DNA from: a virus | Lineage: Duplodnaviria; Caudoviricetes | Reading direction: 5' to 3' (one strand) | DNA length: 55,389 nucleotides | Virus record (IMG/VR): IMGVR_UViG_3300036826_000033 | Location: 1-55,389 of that record | Shown here: positions 34,228-43,802 of the stretch, piece by piece | How positions within the stretch are numbered: the stretch's first letter is position 1 | Layout of the letters: each line of letters starts with the position of its first letter | Program-made: the position numbers and the translations under genes | Notes under the pieces: model-generated | Database searches by the model: none | The model's input: only the letters and a program-made list of their open reading frames with translations | What the model was told of the DNA's origin: nothing

Positions 34228-35436
34228 ATGATCGTGCAAGTCAGAGCAGCTCGACCGTCGATCTCGATGGGTGGGAAAGACTATTTCAGCGCGCTCGAAC
34301 CCTACTTTTTGACGATGAGCTACACGGACAACTGCGACGGAGCGAAAGCTGACGACTTTCAGCTGCAGCTCGCTGATCGCGATCGCCGTTTCATCAACGA
34401 TTGGCGACCCGATCTCGGTTCCACGCTCGACGTCGCGATCATCGCAGAGCGCTGGTTCGAACCGTTTGCGTCAGCATTGTCGCTCGACTGCGGTCGCTTC
34501 TGGATTGACTCGATGGAGTTCGAGCTGCCGCAGCACACAGTCACGGTTAAAGCGACGAGCATCCCGACTGAAGCGCATCTGAAGGTGAACAACGAAACGC
34601 GCGGCTGGGAAAAGACAACGCTCGAAGAGATCGTCAATCAGATCGCCAAAGAGAACAACATGGAGGTCGACTATCAAGCGGGCACGAACCCGAACTACCG
34701 CCGCGTCGAGCAGAATCAAGAGAGCGCGCTGCAATTTCTGCAGCGGCGAACCGAGGACGCGAAACTCGCGATCAAGATTCATCGCAACAAGATCGTGATT
34801 TTCGATGAAGAAACGATTGAAGCTGCGGCGCCGAAGTTCGCGCTCGTCTATGGCAACGCGCAGGCGAGCGGCGGGCTTGCAGCATATCGGCTCGAAGCTG
34901 CGCACTTCATTTTCACTGTCACTGACACGCAGAAGAAAGCGACCGTGTCGCACTTGAATCCGGACACTGGCAAGAACATGCAGCAGGTGTTCGACTCCGG
35001 CATCACGGCGCCGTCACGCGGCTCGCTGATTCAGGGACAAAATCGACAGTGGGACCAGAAAGTCACGATTCACCCTGAAGAGACTGATGACAACGACAAT
35101 GCCGGCGACGAAGACGGCGCAGATGGCAGCGGCGGTTTTCGCTACATCGCGCCGCGCGCAGAGGGACCGAATCGCGATTGGAACGACCCGAGCGCGGGCG
35201 GCAGCGGCGGTCAGCGACGCGCAAAGTCTGAAGTGCGCAGAGCGAACAAAGAACGCGAGCACGCTCAGATCAAACTCGGTCAGGGCAATCCGCTTGTCGC
35301 AGCCGGTCAGACTTGCACGCTCAGCGGGTTTGGGCAGTTCGATGGAAAATGGTTTGTGCTCAGTGCAGAGCACACGATTGGCGAAGAGGGCTACAACACG
35401 ACGCTGCTGATTCGCCGCTGCTTGGAGGGATATTGA
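34228..35436 (+). CDS. Baseplate hub (P2 gpD-like)
   Basis: YTDNCDG.ADD, QNQESALQFL, GNPLVAAG...FGQFDGKW. Confidence 0.88.
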   Translation: MIVQVRAARPSISMGGKDYFSALEPYFLTMSYTDNCDGAKADDFQLQLADRDRRFINDWRPDLGSTLDVAIIAERWFEPFASALSLDCGRFWIDSMEFELPQHTVTVKATSIPTEAHLKVNNETRGWEKTTLEEIVNQIAKENNMEVDYQAGTNPNYRRVEQNQESALQFLQRRTEDAKLAIKIHRNKIVIFDEETIEAAAPKFALVYGNAQASGGLAAYRLEAAHFIFTVTDTQKKATVSHLNPDTGKNMQQVFDSGITAPSRGSLIQGQNRQWDQKVTIHPEETDDNDNAGDEDGADGSGGFRYIAPRAEGPNRDWNDPSAGGSGGQRRAKSEVRRANKEREHAQIKLGQGNPLVAAGQTCTLSGFGQFDGKWFVLSAEHTIGEEGYNTTLLIRRCLEGY

Positions 35437-36207
35437 ATGAAAAAGAACATTCTCGCAGATACAGACTTCGCGAGCGGTCATGACAATCGCTTCAAGTCGA
35501 GCGTGGTAGTCGGGTTCGTTTCGAAGATCGAATGCAACAGCAAGCGCAGCGACGTGCGCGTGATCTTTCCAGATCGTGTCGATCACGAGAACACGCCGCT
35601 GATCACGAAGCCGATTCCAGTGCTGCAGACTGCATCGCAATCAAAGCGCAGTTTCGCTGTGCCGCGCATCGGCGACTTCGTCGCAGTGATGAAGATGCCG
35701 AACGCGACAGGCGACTATTTTGTGCTGGGCACTTTCTACAGCCCGGAGAATCCGCCGCCCGTCACAGACCCGAAGCTCGACTACACTGAATGGGAGGGCG
35801 GCCACACGCAGAAGTTCGACGCGAACGATGACGCCGATGTCTTTCTCACGCAGGATTTCAAGGGTGGCATCAATCAGACAGTCAAGAAAGACGTCAACAT
35901 CAAGACGACTGACGGCGCGAAATACAACATCGAAGCCGACGGCGACATGCTGCTGAAGTCAGCGACTGGCAACATCAACGTCGAAAGCCCGAGCGGCATC
36001 GTCACGATCAATCAGCAAGAGATCGATCTCACGGCGACGACGATCAAGCTGAACGGTCATGTGATTGTCACTGGCAACATCGATCAGACTGGCGTGCATC
36101 ACGACAACAACGGCTACCACACGAGCGGCAGAAGCGTCGAAGAGCTTGAGAAACGCGTCGCGCGACTTGAACGCATCGTCGCACAACTGACGGAGGCGCA
36201 AGCATGA
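35437..36207 (+). CDS. Baseplate spike (gpV-like)
   Basis: VRVIFPD, PRIGD, FVLGTFYS, beta-helix, His-containing apex. Confidence 0.85.
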   Translation: MKKNILADTDFASGHDNRFKSSVVVGFVSKIECNSKRSDVRVIFPDRVDHENTPLITKPIPVLQTASQSKRSFAVPRIGDFVAVMKMPNATGDYFVLGTFYSPENPPPVTDPKLDYTEWEGGHTQKFDANDDADVFLTQDFKGGINQTVKKDVNIKTTDGAKYNIEADGDMLLKSATGNINVESPSGIVTINQQEIDLTATTIKLNGHVIVTGNIDQTGVHHDNNGYHTSGRSVEELEKRVARLERIVAQLTEAQA

Positions 36208-36662
36208 CAGTCGGACTTTTTGGCGCGATCATTTACGGACGCAACCGCGGTCGCATCCATACATTCTATTCAATCGAGCGACGCTACACTGGGCGCTTTG
36301 GCACGCACATGGTTCACTTGAAAAAGCCGCTGCTCGAATGGGCTGGCAATGATCTGATCAAAATCGACATGCGTCTCGCGCTGAACTCGACTTGGTGCGG
36401 TGACATCAACGCGATTCTTGCAGAGTGGCATCTCTTTCATGAGAACGCACTGGCAGCTCCACTGATCGTCGGCGGCAAACCCATGGGACCGGGTCTGTCG
36501 ATGTTCGTCATCACTGAACTGAACGAATCGCACAAGCATTGGCTGAACGGCACAGTGATCGCGTGCGAACTTGCTGCATCTTTTCAAGAATACATTCCGT
36601 TCACTGAGGGCTTGCTCTCGCAGTTCGGAGTGCCGGGCTTTATCGGGAGCGGCGCAATATGA
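36204..36662 (+). CDS. Tail protein (P2 gpU-like)
   Basis: H...KPLLEWAG, LIVGG, FQEY. Confidence 0.8.
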   Translation: MTVGLFGAIIYGRNRGRIHTFYSIERRYTGRFGTHMVHLKKPLLEWAGNDLIKIDMRLALNSTWCGDINAILAEWHLFHENALAAPLIVGGKPMGPGLSMFVITELNESHKHWLNGTVIACELAASFQEYIPFTEGLLSQFGVPGFIGSGAI

Positions 36663-37435
36663 CAGCGACACAACCAATCGACGAATCGACGTTGAACGCC
36701 GGTCTCGGCGCGAACTGGCGCATTCAGTTCAGCGATGCTGACGGCATCCCGCTGAACATGCTGTCGTTCGAAGTGATCGACTTCGGCGCGATCTCTTACA
36801 AAGAAATTTTCCAGAACGTGAAAACGATTCTCGCGACGCCGCTTTTCAGCGCTGCGCTTGAGCGTCTGCTTGGTGTCGATCAGACGATTGTCGATCTGCC
36901 AGCTGACAAGAGCGGAGCTGGCGCAGCGACGATTGCGATTCTGACTGCGCTCAATCAGTGGGAGCCACGCTGCGAGATCGTCAACATCGACTTCGACGCT
37001 GACGCGCTGAACGGTCATCTGATCGTCAAGCTGCAGCTCAAGATCAAGAACGTGATCAGTGGCAGTGATACGCCCTACGCAGCGAAAGACATCGGCACGA
37101 CTCCCACGAACATCACGCAGAATCTGCCGCCGATTGAACCGCTACCGGGACCGACGGGGCCGAAAGGCGACACGGGCGCAGAAGGACGTCGCGGCTCGCT
37201 CTGGTTCGTCGGCACGTCAGCACCGCCAGCAGGCGCGCTTGTGCCGATGAAAGTGCCGACGCAAGGCGCGAAGGGCGAGACGGGCGAGCAGGGCAAGCGC
37301 GGCTTTGTCTGGCTCACGGGTGCTGGCGACCCCGTGACGCCCCTTGACCACGACATGTATTTGAACACGACGAACGGTGACGTCTGGCAGTTTGATGCTG
37401 CGACGAACACTTGGAGGCGCACGCGCACGAAATGA
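36659..37435 (+). CDS. Baseplate wedge gpW/gp25-like protein with collagen-like C-terminal extension
   Basis: EIFQNVKTILAT, NQWEPR; GPTGPKGDTG repeats; YLNTTNGDVWQ. Confidence 0.8.
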   Translation: MTATQPIDESTLNAGLGANWRIQFSDADGIPLNMLSFEVIDFGAISYKEIFQNVKTILATPLFSAALERLLGVDQTIVDLPADKSGAGAATIAILTALNQWEPRCEIVNIDFDADALNGHLIVKLQLKIKNVISGSDTPYAAKDIGTTPTNITQNLPPIEPLPGPTGPKGDTGAEGRRGSLWFVGTSAPPAGALVPMKVPTQGAKGETGEQGKRGFVWLTGAGDPVTPLDHDMYLNTTNGDVWQFDAATNTWRRTRTK

Positions 37436-37959
37436 GCTGGGAACAAGTCGGCAACATCACGGGGCCACCGGGACCGCCGGGGCCGCCCGGCGGCACGCTC
37501 GTCGAAGGCACAACGTTCGTCATGGGCGAGCTGATCGCGAGTGGAATTGACGGCGTGAATAAAATCTTCAGTGCTGTGAACGCGTTCGCTGCAGATTCGC
37601 TCGAAGTCTATCTGAACGGACTGCGTCAGCGACGCGGCAACGACTACGACGAGATCACTGACACTGACTTCGAGTTCTATGTTGCGCCGAAAGCATCAGA
37701 TTCGATCTCGATTGACTACGTCATCGCGACAGCAGCGGCGATTCCGATCTACGGCGAGACACCGACTGGAGCGATCAACGGCACGAACAAGAACTTCGCG
37801 ACCGCTTACGCTTACAAACCGACGCTGCTCGCAGTGTTCTTGAGCGGTCTGCGACTGCGTCACCCTGACGACTACACGGAAACTGGCTCGACGACTTTTC
37901 AGCTCACACTCGCGCCGCTCACTGGTGACAGCTTGAGCGTCGACTACTTCCAACCCTAA
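37432..37959 (+). CDS. Virion structural protein (collagen-like start, two repeated beta domains)
   Basis: GPPGPPGPP; two GxIxGxNxxF...VxLxGLR...DY repeats. Confidence 0.7.
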   Translation: MSWEQVGNITGPPGPPGPPGGTLVEGTTFVMGELIASGIDGVNKIFSAVNAFAADSLEVYLNGLRQRRGNDYDEITDTDFEFYVAPKASDSISIDYVIATAAAIPIYGETPTGAINGTNKNFATAYAYKPTLLAVFLSGLRLRHPDDYTETGSTTFQLTLAPLTGDSLSVDYFQP

Positions 37960-37968
37960 GAACACAAC

Positions 37969-39114
37969 ATGGCAACAACACAAATCTGGGGCAACACGCA
38001 GATCAGAGCCTTGTCGATCTTCGACGCGCAGATCGCAGCAGCTGCAGCAATCGCAACGAGCAAGCTCGCTGACGCTGCGAACTTCATTCTGCGGACTGGC
38101 GTCGTACCGTTCAGTGCTGATCAATCGATGGGCAGTCACTATCTGACGAACCTGCTTGACCCTGTAAATCCGCAAGACGCAGCGACACGCGCATGGGTGC
38201 TCGCGCAGATGGCGTCTGTGACGAATAGCTCATTGACGGCGCGTGCTGCGACGACTGCGAACATCACGCTCTCAAACGTGCAGACAGTCGACGGCGTGTC
38301 ACTCGCTGCGAACGATCTCTGCTTGGTGAAAAATCAGACGACAGCGTCACAGAACGGCGTCTACAAAGTCGTGAGCGGCGGCGCGTGGGTGCGCGCAGCG
38401 GGAATGGATACGTGGGGAGAAGTGCCCGGCTCGCTCGTCAGCGTGCAAGAGGGCACAGTCAACGCTGACACGCTCTGGCTGTCGGTCGCTGACGCTGGCG
38501 GCACAATCAACAGCACAAGCATCACGTTCACTCAAGTGCCGGGACCGAGTGACATCGTCGCGGGTGCCGGTCTGACGCGCACAGGGCAGCAGATCGACGT
38601 CGTTGCAGGCGACAATTCGCTGACGGTCAATCCAGACGACATTCGAGTGAAGCTGTCTGCGACAGGCGCGATCATCATCTCAGGCTCGGCAGGTCTCGCA
38701 GTGAACATTCAGGCAACGACGCTGCAGATCAGCGCGAACGTGCTCGGCGTAAAGCTCGACAGCGCAGGCGCGATTCTTGGCGGTTCATCAGGTCTCGCTG
38801 TCAACTATGACGCAAACACGCTCGCGATCGCAGGCAATGTTCTTTCAGTCAAACCGAACTTGTTTCTCGCGTCGAACAACATTCTCTGGCGCTCAGCTGT
38901 CGGTGGCACGATCGACGGTTCGAACACTGTCTTCACGCTGTCGTCGACCCCAAACCCTGCGGGCACAGAAACAGTTTTTCTCAATGGCATCTTGCAAGAA
39001 CCAAACGGCGAAGACTACACAATCAGCGGAGCGACGATCACGTTCGTTGTTGCGCCACCGTCGGGCAGTCGCATCCGTGTGACTTACGTCAACCGCTCAC
39101 TAGCACCAGCATGA
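37969..39114 (+). CDS. Fibre-like virion protein
   Basis: PVNPQDAATR, ATTANITLS.VQTVDGV...LVKNQT...NGVY; C-terminal third copy of the beta domain. Confidence 0.75.
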   Translation: MATTQIWGNTQIRALSIFDAQIAAAAAIATSKLADAANFILRTGVVPFSADQSMGSHYLTNLLDPVNPQDAATRAWVLAQMASVTNSSLTARAATTANITLSNVQTVDGVSLAANDLCLVKNQTTASQNGVYKVVSGGAWVRAAGMDTWGEVPGSLVSVQEGTVNADTLWLSVADAGGTINSTSITFTQVPGPSDIVAGAGLTRTGQQIDVVAGDNSLTVNPDDIRVKLSATGAIIISGSAGLAVNIQATTLQISANVLGVKLDSAGAILGGSSGLAVNYDANTLAIAGNVLSVKPNLFLASNNILWRSAVGGTIDGSNTVFTLSSTPNPAGTETVFLNGILQEPNGEDYTISGATITFVVAPPSGSRIRVTYVNRSLAPA

Positions 39115-39115
39115 C

Positions 39116-40645
39116 ATGGCACTGACACAAGTAAGAGGCGGACAAGTTCAAGATGGCTCGATTCAGCGCGTCGATCTCGACGTCAGCACAGTCGGTCAAG
39201 CAGTCATTCGCAAGCTGATCACTGGCACGGGTCTTTCGCAGAGTTACGACGGCGCAGATTCAGGCACAGGCGACGTCACTGTCTCAGCGCCGAACGCGCC
39301 GAACTGGGACGCCGCCTATTCGCAGCGACTGCAGTGGGACGGCGGCGGCACGAACCTAACCGCAGCGACAGGTCGCACGAGCTTGGGTGCGACTGCGCTC
39401 GGTTCGAATCTCTTCACGCTTGGCAACAATGCGCTTGGCGTGAGCGCGTTCTTGACAATCAGCAGTCTCAACGCTGTGACGCTGCGAAGTGCAGCGAATT
39501 TTCGAGCTGACATCGGAGCTGAAGCAGCACTCGGCAATCCGTCTGCTGACGGTTACATTCTTTCATCGACAGCTGCAGGCGTGCGCTCATGGATTGCGCC
39601 GCCGAGCGGCAGCGGCACGATCACGCTGACAGGCGACGTCACAGGCAGCGGCACGACAAGCATCGTGACGAGCATCGCAGCGAACGCAGTCGGCGCATCA
39701 GAGATCGTCGCGAACTCGATTGGTGCGAGCGAGATCAACAACACGCAGGACTTGGGACTTGCTGTCTTGCAGACGATCAAGGTTCCCGTCTCAGCGACTG
39801 CTGACCAGCAGACTGTCTTTGGCGTTTATCGAAACTCCAGTGGCACAGCTGCAGCTGGTTTCGGTTCACGCATCGAACTCGGCGCGAGCAGCGACACAGT
39901 CGCCAACAGAGGGCAGTGCATGGTTGCATCGAAGTGGAGCGTCGCTGCTGACGCGACTCGCGCTGCGACGATGGAACTCTACTGTCAATCAGGCAACGGG
40001 CTGTATGGCACAGCAGTGATGACGTTGTTCTCAAGCAAGGGCGTCTGCATCAATCGAACAACTGACCCGGGTGCTGGCTATCTGGACGTCAGCGCGGGAT
40101 TCAAAATTGGCGGCACGGACATCTTTCCGCTCACGACAGCGCGCGCCGGCGTTCCGAGTGGCGGCACTGCCGGGCAGTATCTCAAAAAGAACAGCTCGAC
40201 GAACTATGACTACAGCTGGGACCAACACGCGACGACGCAAGGCACGATTGTCGCTTCAACAGCAGGGACAACGAGCACGAGCGGCGTCATGGGCGGCATT
40301 CCCGGTTCGATCACGCCTTCGACGACTGGCAGAGTGCTGTTCATCATCAGCGGTTATTTCAGCAGCACTGCATCACTCGCGTTCGCAGCCATCATCAGTA
40401 TGCGCTACGGCACCGGCACAGCTCCATCGCATGGCGCTGCGCCGACGGGGACAGCGATTCCGAACTGTCCGAATGCTTACGCCCACGCTCCAACAGCGAA
40501 TGGATTAACGCCGTTTAGTCTCGCGGTGACGATCACTGGCTTGACAGTCGGCACGACCTACTGGCTCGATGTCGTCTACGGCAGCAGCAGCACCGGCTCG
40601 ACAGCCAAGCTCAACACCGTGTCACTTTGCGCAATCGAGTTTTAG
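39116..40645 (+). CDS. Fibre/receptor-binding-like virion protein
   Basis: Gly/Ser/Thr-rich; ITLTGDVTGSG; GGTAGQYLKK. Confidence 0.7.
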   Translation: MALTQVRGGQVQDGSIQRVDLDVSTVGQAVIRKLITGTGLSQSYDGADSGTGDVTVSAPNAPNWDAAYSQRLQWDGGGTNLTAATGRTSLGATALGSNLFTLGNNALGVSAFLTISSLNAVTLRSAANFRADIGAEAALGNPSADGYILSSTAAGVRSWIAPPSGSGTITLTGDVTGSGTTSIVTSIAANAVGASEIVANSIGASEINNTQDLGLAVLQTIKVPVSATADQQTVFGVYRNSSGTAAAGFGSRIELGASSDTVANRGQCMVASKWSVAADATRAATMELYCQSGNGLYGTAVMTLFSSKGVCINRTTDPGAGYLDVSAGFKIGGTDIFPLTTARAGVPSGGTAGQYLKKNSSTNYDYSWDQHATTQGTIVASTAGTTSTSGVMGGIPGSITPSTTGRVLFIISGYFSSTASLAFAAIISMRYGTGTAPSHGAAPTGTAIPNCPNAYAHAPTANGLTPFSLAVTITGLTVGTTYWLDVVYGSSSTGSTAKLNTVSLCAIEF

Positions 40646-40660
40646 AAAGGCAAAACCAAC

Positions 40661-40915
40661 ATGAACATCGAAGCACGCATCACAAAACTGAAAGCTGAGC
40701 TGCACGATCACACCAATCGTCACGATCAGATGATTGCCGAGCATCAGCGCAGCGAGAACGAGTTCAATCAGCAAGTCATCAGAAGCCAGACGCGCTACCA
40801 GCAGATCGCCGGCGCGATCGCTGAACTCGAACTCATGCTGCAGGAGTCACAAGAGAAAAACGGCGACGAGCCTGCGACAACAACAGCAACAAAGAACAGA
40901 CTGGCGAAAAAATGA
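40661..40915 (+). CDS. Small coiled-coil protein
   Basis: AGAAAGG RBS; QIAGAIAELE. Confidence 0.65.
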   Translation: MNIEARITKLKAELHDHTNRHDQMIAEHQRSENEFNQQVIRSQTRYQQIAGAIAELELMLQESQEKNGDEPATTTATKNRLAKK

Positions 40916-40918
40916 TCG

Positions 40919-41182
40919 ATGGGCAAGTTCATCAATCTCAGCAATCGATCAACGACCGACGTGGTTGTGATCTTGTTCAGCTGCCTTGTCTGCATCGTGC
41001 TCACGATCATGATCGTTGGTGCGATCACTGCGCGCTTGGTGCATCCCGAGATGGACTTGAGCAAGATTTCAGAGTCAGTCACACAGATCATCAGCACGAT
41101 CGTCGGAGCGCTCGTCGGCTTCATCAGCGGTCGCGCTTATGGCAGAAGGGAGTTAAACGGTGAAAAAGATCGGCACGATTGA
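40919..41182 (+). CDS. Putative holin (two TM helices)
   Basis: Two hydrophobic segments, TIVGALVGFISGR, charged C-terminus; overlaps the next gene. Confidence 0.6.
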   Translation: MGKFINLSNRSTTDVVVILFSCLVCIVLTIMIVGAITARLVHPEMDLSKISESVTQIISTIVGALVGFISGRAYGRRELNGEKDRHD

Positions 41183-41639
41183 AGGCTGCGCAATCTATCA
41201 CGGCGAAAAAGATGGGCGCGAGATTGTCACGTTCACTGCGAAGTTCGCGATCTGCACTGATGGAATGCCGAAGAATCTCTACGGCGACAAGCACTGGCAG
41301 CGCGGCACTGCCTACTACAACAATGGAAAGTTTCTGAACGCTGACAAAGTGCCCTACATCGTCGTGCCGCCGTTCATCATCAAAGCTGTCGACGGCTGCA
41401 TCATGGGCACTGAAGCGAGCGCCTACAACACACTGAACGGCAACGAGAGCGATGCGATCACTGGCGAGAAAGGCCCCGAAGACAAACTGGGCGAAGGCTC
41501 CATCGAGCTTGCGCGACGTCTCGCGATCAACCCGCACCCGAATCACGGCGGCACAAAGAACAAAGTCGTCGTCTACACGATCTTCGTTGACGAAGCTGCT
41601 ATCGTCGACGGTATCAAATACAAACTTCAACGGAGCTGA
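41160..41639 (+). CDS. Glycoside hydrolase family 75 (chitosanase-like) protein, putative endolysin
   Basis: ICTDG, QRGTAY, LNADKVPYIVVP, AITGEKGP..KLGEGSIELARRL, GG....VVYTIF. Confidence 0.75.
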   Translation: MKKIGTIEGCAIYHGEKDGREIVTFTAKFAICTDGMPKNLYGDKHWQRGTAYYNNGKFLNADKVPYIVVPPFIIKAVDGCIMGTEASAYNTLNGNESDAITGEKGPEDKLGEGSIELARRLAINPHPNHGGTKNKVVVYTIFVDEAAIVDGIKYKLQRS

Positions 41640-41641
41640 AC

Positions 41642-42916
41642 ATGCCAACACCAAGCACGAGAGTTTCATTCACGCCGCCGCCCGACACGAATGGTTCGAA
41701 CGGCGCGAGCGACAATCTTGCAAGCACTCCCGGCGAACCTGAATATGGGCTGCCGTTCGTGCCCGACATCGACTTCGCAGTCAAAGACCCGACGATCATT
41801 CAGAGCGAAGTGATCGCTGACTACGAAGCAGCATTTCTCACGCTCACGGGCATCGCGAAGACGCTCGCGCCGGGCGACCCCGTGCGCCTGCACTTGCTCG
41901 TTGTGTGCGCATGGCTATCGCAGCAGCGCGTCATCATCGATTTCACCGGCAAAGAGAACCTGCTCAAATACGCCCATGGCGACTATCTCGACAATCTCGC
42001 AGCGCTGCACGGTCAGCGCGCGCTGCGCCTGCAGGCGTCGCCAGCGCTGACGACACTGCGCTTCACGCTTGCAGCTCCGCTCTCGTTCGACGTGACAGTG
42101 CCGCAGGGCACGCTCTGCCAAGCGCCGAACGGTGTCACGTTCGAGACGCTCGCGCCCGGGTTCATTCCAAGCAGCAGTTTGACGCAGTCTGTCGATGTCG
42201 CCGCGCAATGCACGACGCCCGGCGTGATTGGCAACAACTTCGCGCCCGGTCAGATCAACGGTCTCGTCAACTGGAATCAGCCGTTCGCGCTGACAGTGAC
42301 GAATACAACTGTCACAGCTGGCGGCAGCGACAAAGAAACGGATGAGCAGTATCGCTACCGCGTCTGGCTCGCGATTGAATCCTACTCGACATGCGGCCCC
42401 AGAGACGCGTATGAGTTTTGGGCTTTGAGCGCATCGCCCGACATCATTCAAGTTGTCGTTCACAGCGCGCCAGAGATCGCTGGCGAAGTCTGGCTCTATC
42501 CGCTCTTGAGAGATGGGCAGCTGCCGAATCAGGCGATTCTCGACGCTGTCGAAGAGACCTGCAGTGCTGACACGCGACGCCCAGTCACTGACTTTGTCAC
42601 GGCGAAGATGCCAGTCGTTGTCACTTACACGCTCGACATCGACTACTACGTGCTGAAGTCGAATGAAGTGCTGCTCTCGACGATTCAGTCGAACGTGCAG
42701 CAAGCTGTTGCTGACTGGATTCAATGGGAGCGCTCAGCGATCTCGCGCGACATCATCGGCGACGAGCTGCGTCGACGCTGCCTTGAAGCTGGCGCGAAAC
42801 GCATCGTGATCAATTCGCCGTCGCCAGATTTTCAAGTGATGAACTACAACCAGATCGCGTTTCACGACGACACGATTGAACCCGTGATCAACTTCGCGGG
42901 GCTTGAAGACCCATGA
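41642..42916 (+). CDS. Baseplate J-like protein
   Basis: LAPGDPVRL, NLLKYA.GDYLDNLA, GGSDKETDEQYR, STCGPRDAYEFWA, RPVTDFV. Confidence 0.93.
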   Translation: MPTPSTRVSFTPPPDTNGSNGASDNLASTPGEPEYGLPFVPDIDFAVKDPTIIQSEVIADYEAAFLTLTGIAKTLAPGDPVRLHLLVVCAWLSQQRVIIDFTGKENLLKYAHGDYLDNLAALHGQRALRLQASPALTTLRFTLAAPLSFDVTVPQGTLCQAPNGVTFETLAPGFIPSSSLTQSVDVAAQCTTPGVIGNNFAPGQINGLVNWNQPFALTVTNTTVTAGGSDKETDEQYRYRVWLAIESYSTCGPRDAYEFWALSASPDIIQVVVHSAPEIAGEVWLYPLLRDGQLPNQAILDAVEETCSADTRRPVTDFVTAKMPVVVTYTLDIDYYVLKSNEVLLSTIQSNVQQAVADWIQWERSAISRDIIGDELRRRCLEAGAKRIVINSPSPDFQVMNYNQIAFHDDTIEPVINFAGLEDP

Positions 42917-42917
42917 C

Positions 42918-43802
42918 ATGAGCACGTTTCTGCGCAGCTCACGACTGATTGAGAACTGCACGCCGTCGATCAGCTACGACGCGCAAGTGCAGAGCGCGAG
43001 CGAATCGTTCGATCATCAGATGTGGGAGATCATCGACGACACGGGCGTCGTCATCATGATTCCAAACATCATGGGACTCACAGACGAGAATCTCGTCGAC
43101 ATTCTCGCTTGGCAGTTTCACGTCGATTTCTACGACCCGACGCGCGATCTTGAGTTCAAGAAACAGCTCGTGCAGTTGTCGATCATCTGGCACAAGACGA
43201 AGGGCACAGTGCGTCTCGTCGAAGACGTGATCAACACTTACTTCCCGGGCAGCAACGCGCATCTGCAAGAGTGGTTTCAATACTACAACCCGCTGCCGCC
43301 GAACTACGGCGACCCCGTGCTTGCGGGCACGTTCACCGCTGCGCAGATCAATCCCGGCTCGAACACGTTCACCTATTCGGGCGCAGTCAATGACACTGAA
43401 GTCGCGTTCACAAACGTCGCGGGCACGCTGCCGACACCCATCGAAGCAGGCGTGATCTACTACATCGTCAACGCGACAGCGACGACGTTTCAAATTTCGA
43501 TTGAACCCGGCGGCACACCGCTCGACATCAAGAACCAAGGCAGCGGCACGAACTCGATCTACACGCGCAACAACACTTGGCACAATCGCTACCGCTTCAG
43601 AATCTTGGTGAACGAAGACGTGATTGCGACCCCAGAGCAAGAGGCGCAGATGCTCGAACTGATCGAGCGATTCAAGCCCGTCTCGCGCTGGCTCGAAGCG
43701 ATCGTGCATCCGAAGCACAGCTTCGCGTTCGTCTACGTCACGGGCTTCGCGCAAATTTTCGTCACTCGCAGATCAAATCCAGCAATCATCAGAACACCAT
43801 GA
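42918..43802 (+). CDS. Baseplate/tail protein I (P2 gpI-like) with an inserted domain
   Basis: DILAWQFHVDFYD, HKTKGT, EWFQY, KPVSRWL. Confidence 0.85.
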   Translation: MSTFLRSSRLIENCTPSISYDAQVQSASESFDHQMWEIIDDTGVVIMIPNIMGLTDENLVDILAWQFHVDFYDPTRDLEFKKQLVQLSIIWHKTKGTVRLVEDVINTYFPGSNAHLQEWFQYYNPLPPNYGDPVLAGTFTAAQINPGSNTFTYSGAVNDTEVAFTNVAGTLPTPIEAGVIYYIVNATATTFQISIEPGGTPLDIKNQGSGTNSIYTRNNTWHNRYRFRILVNEDVIATPEQEAQMLELIERFKPVSRWLEAIVHPKHSFAFVYVTGFAQIFVTRRSNPAIIRTP

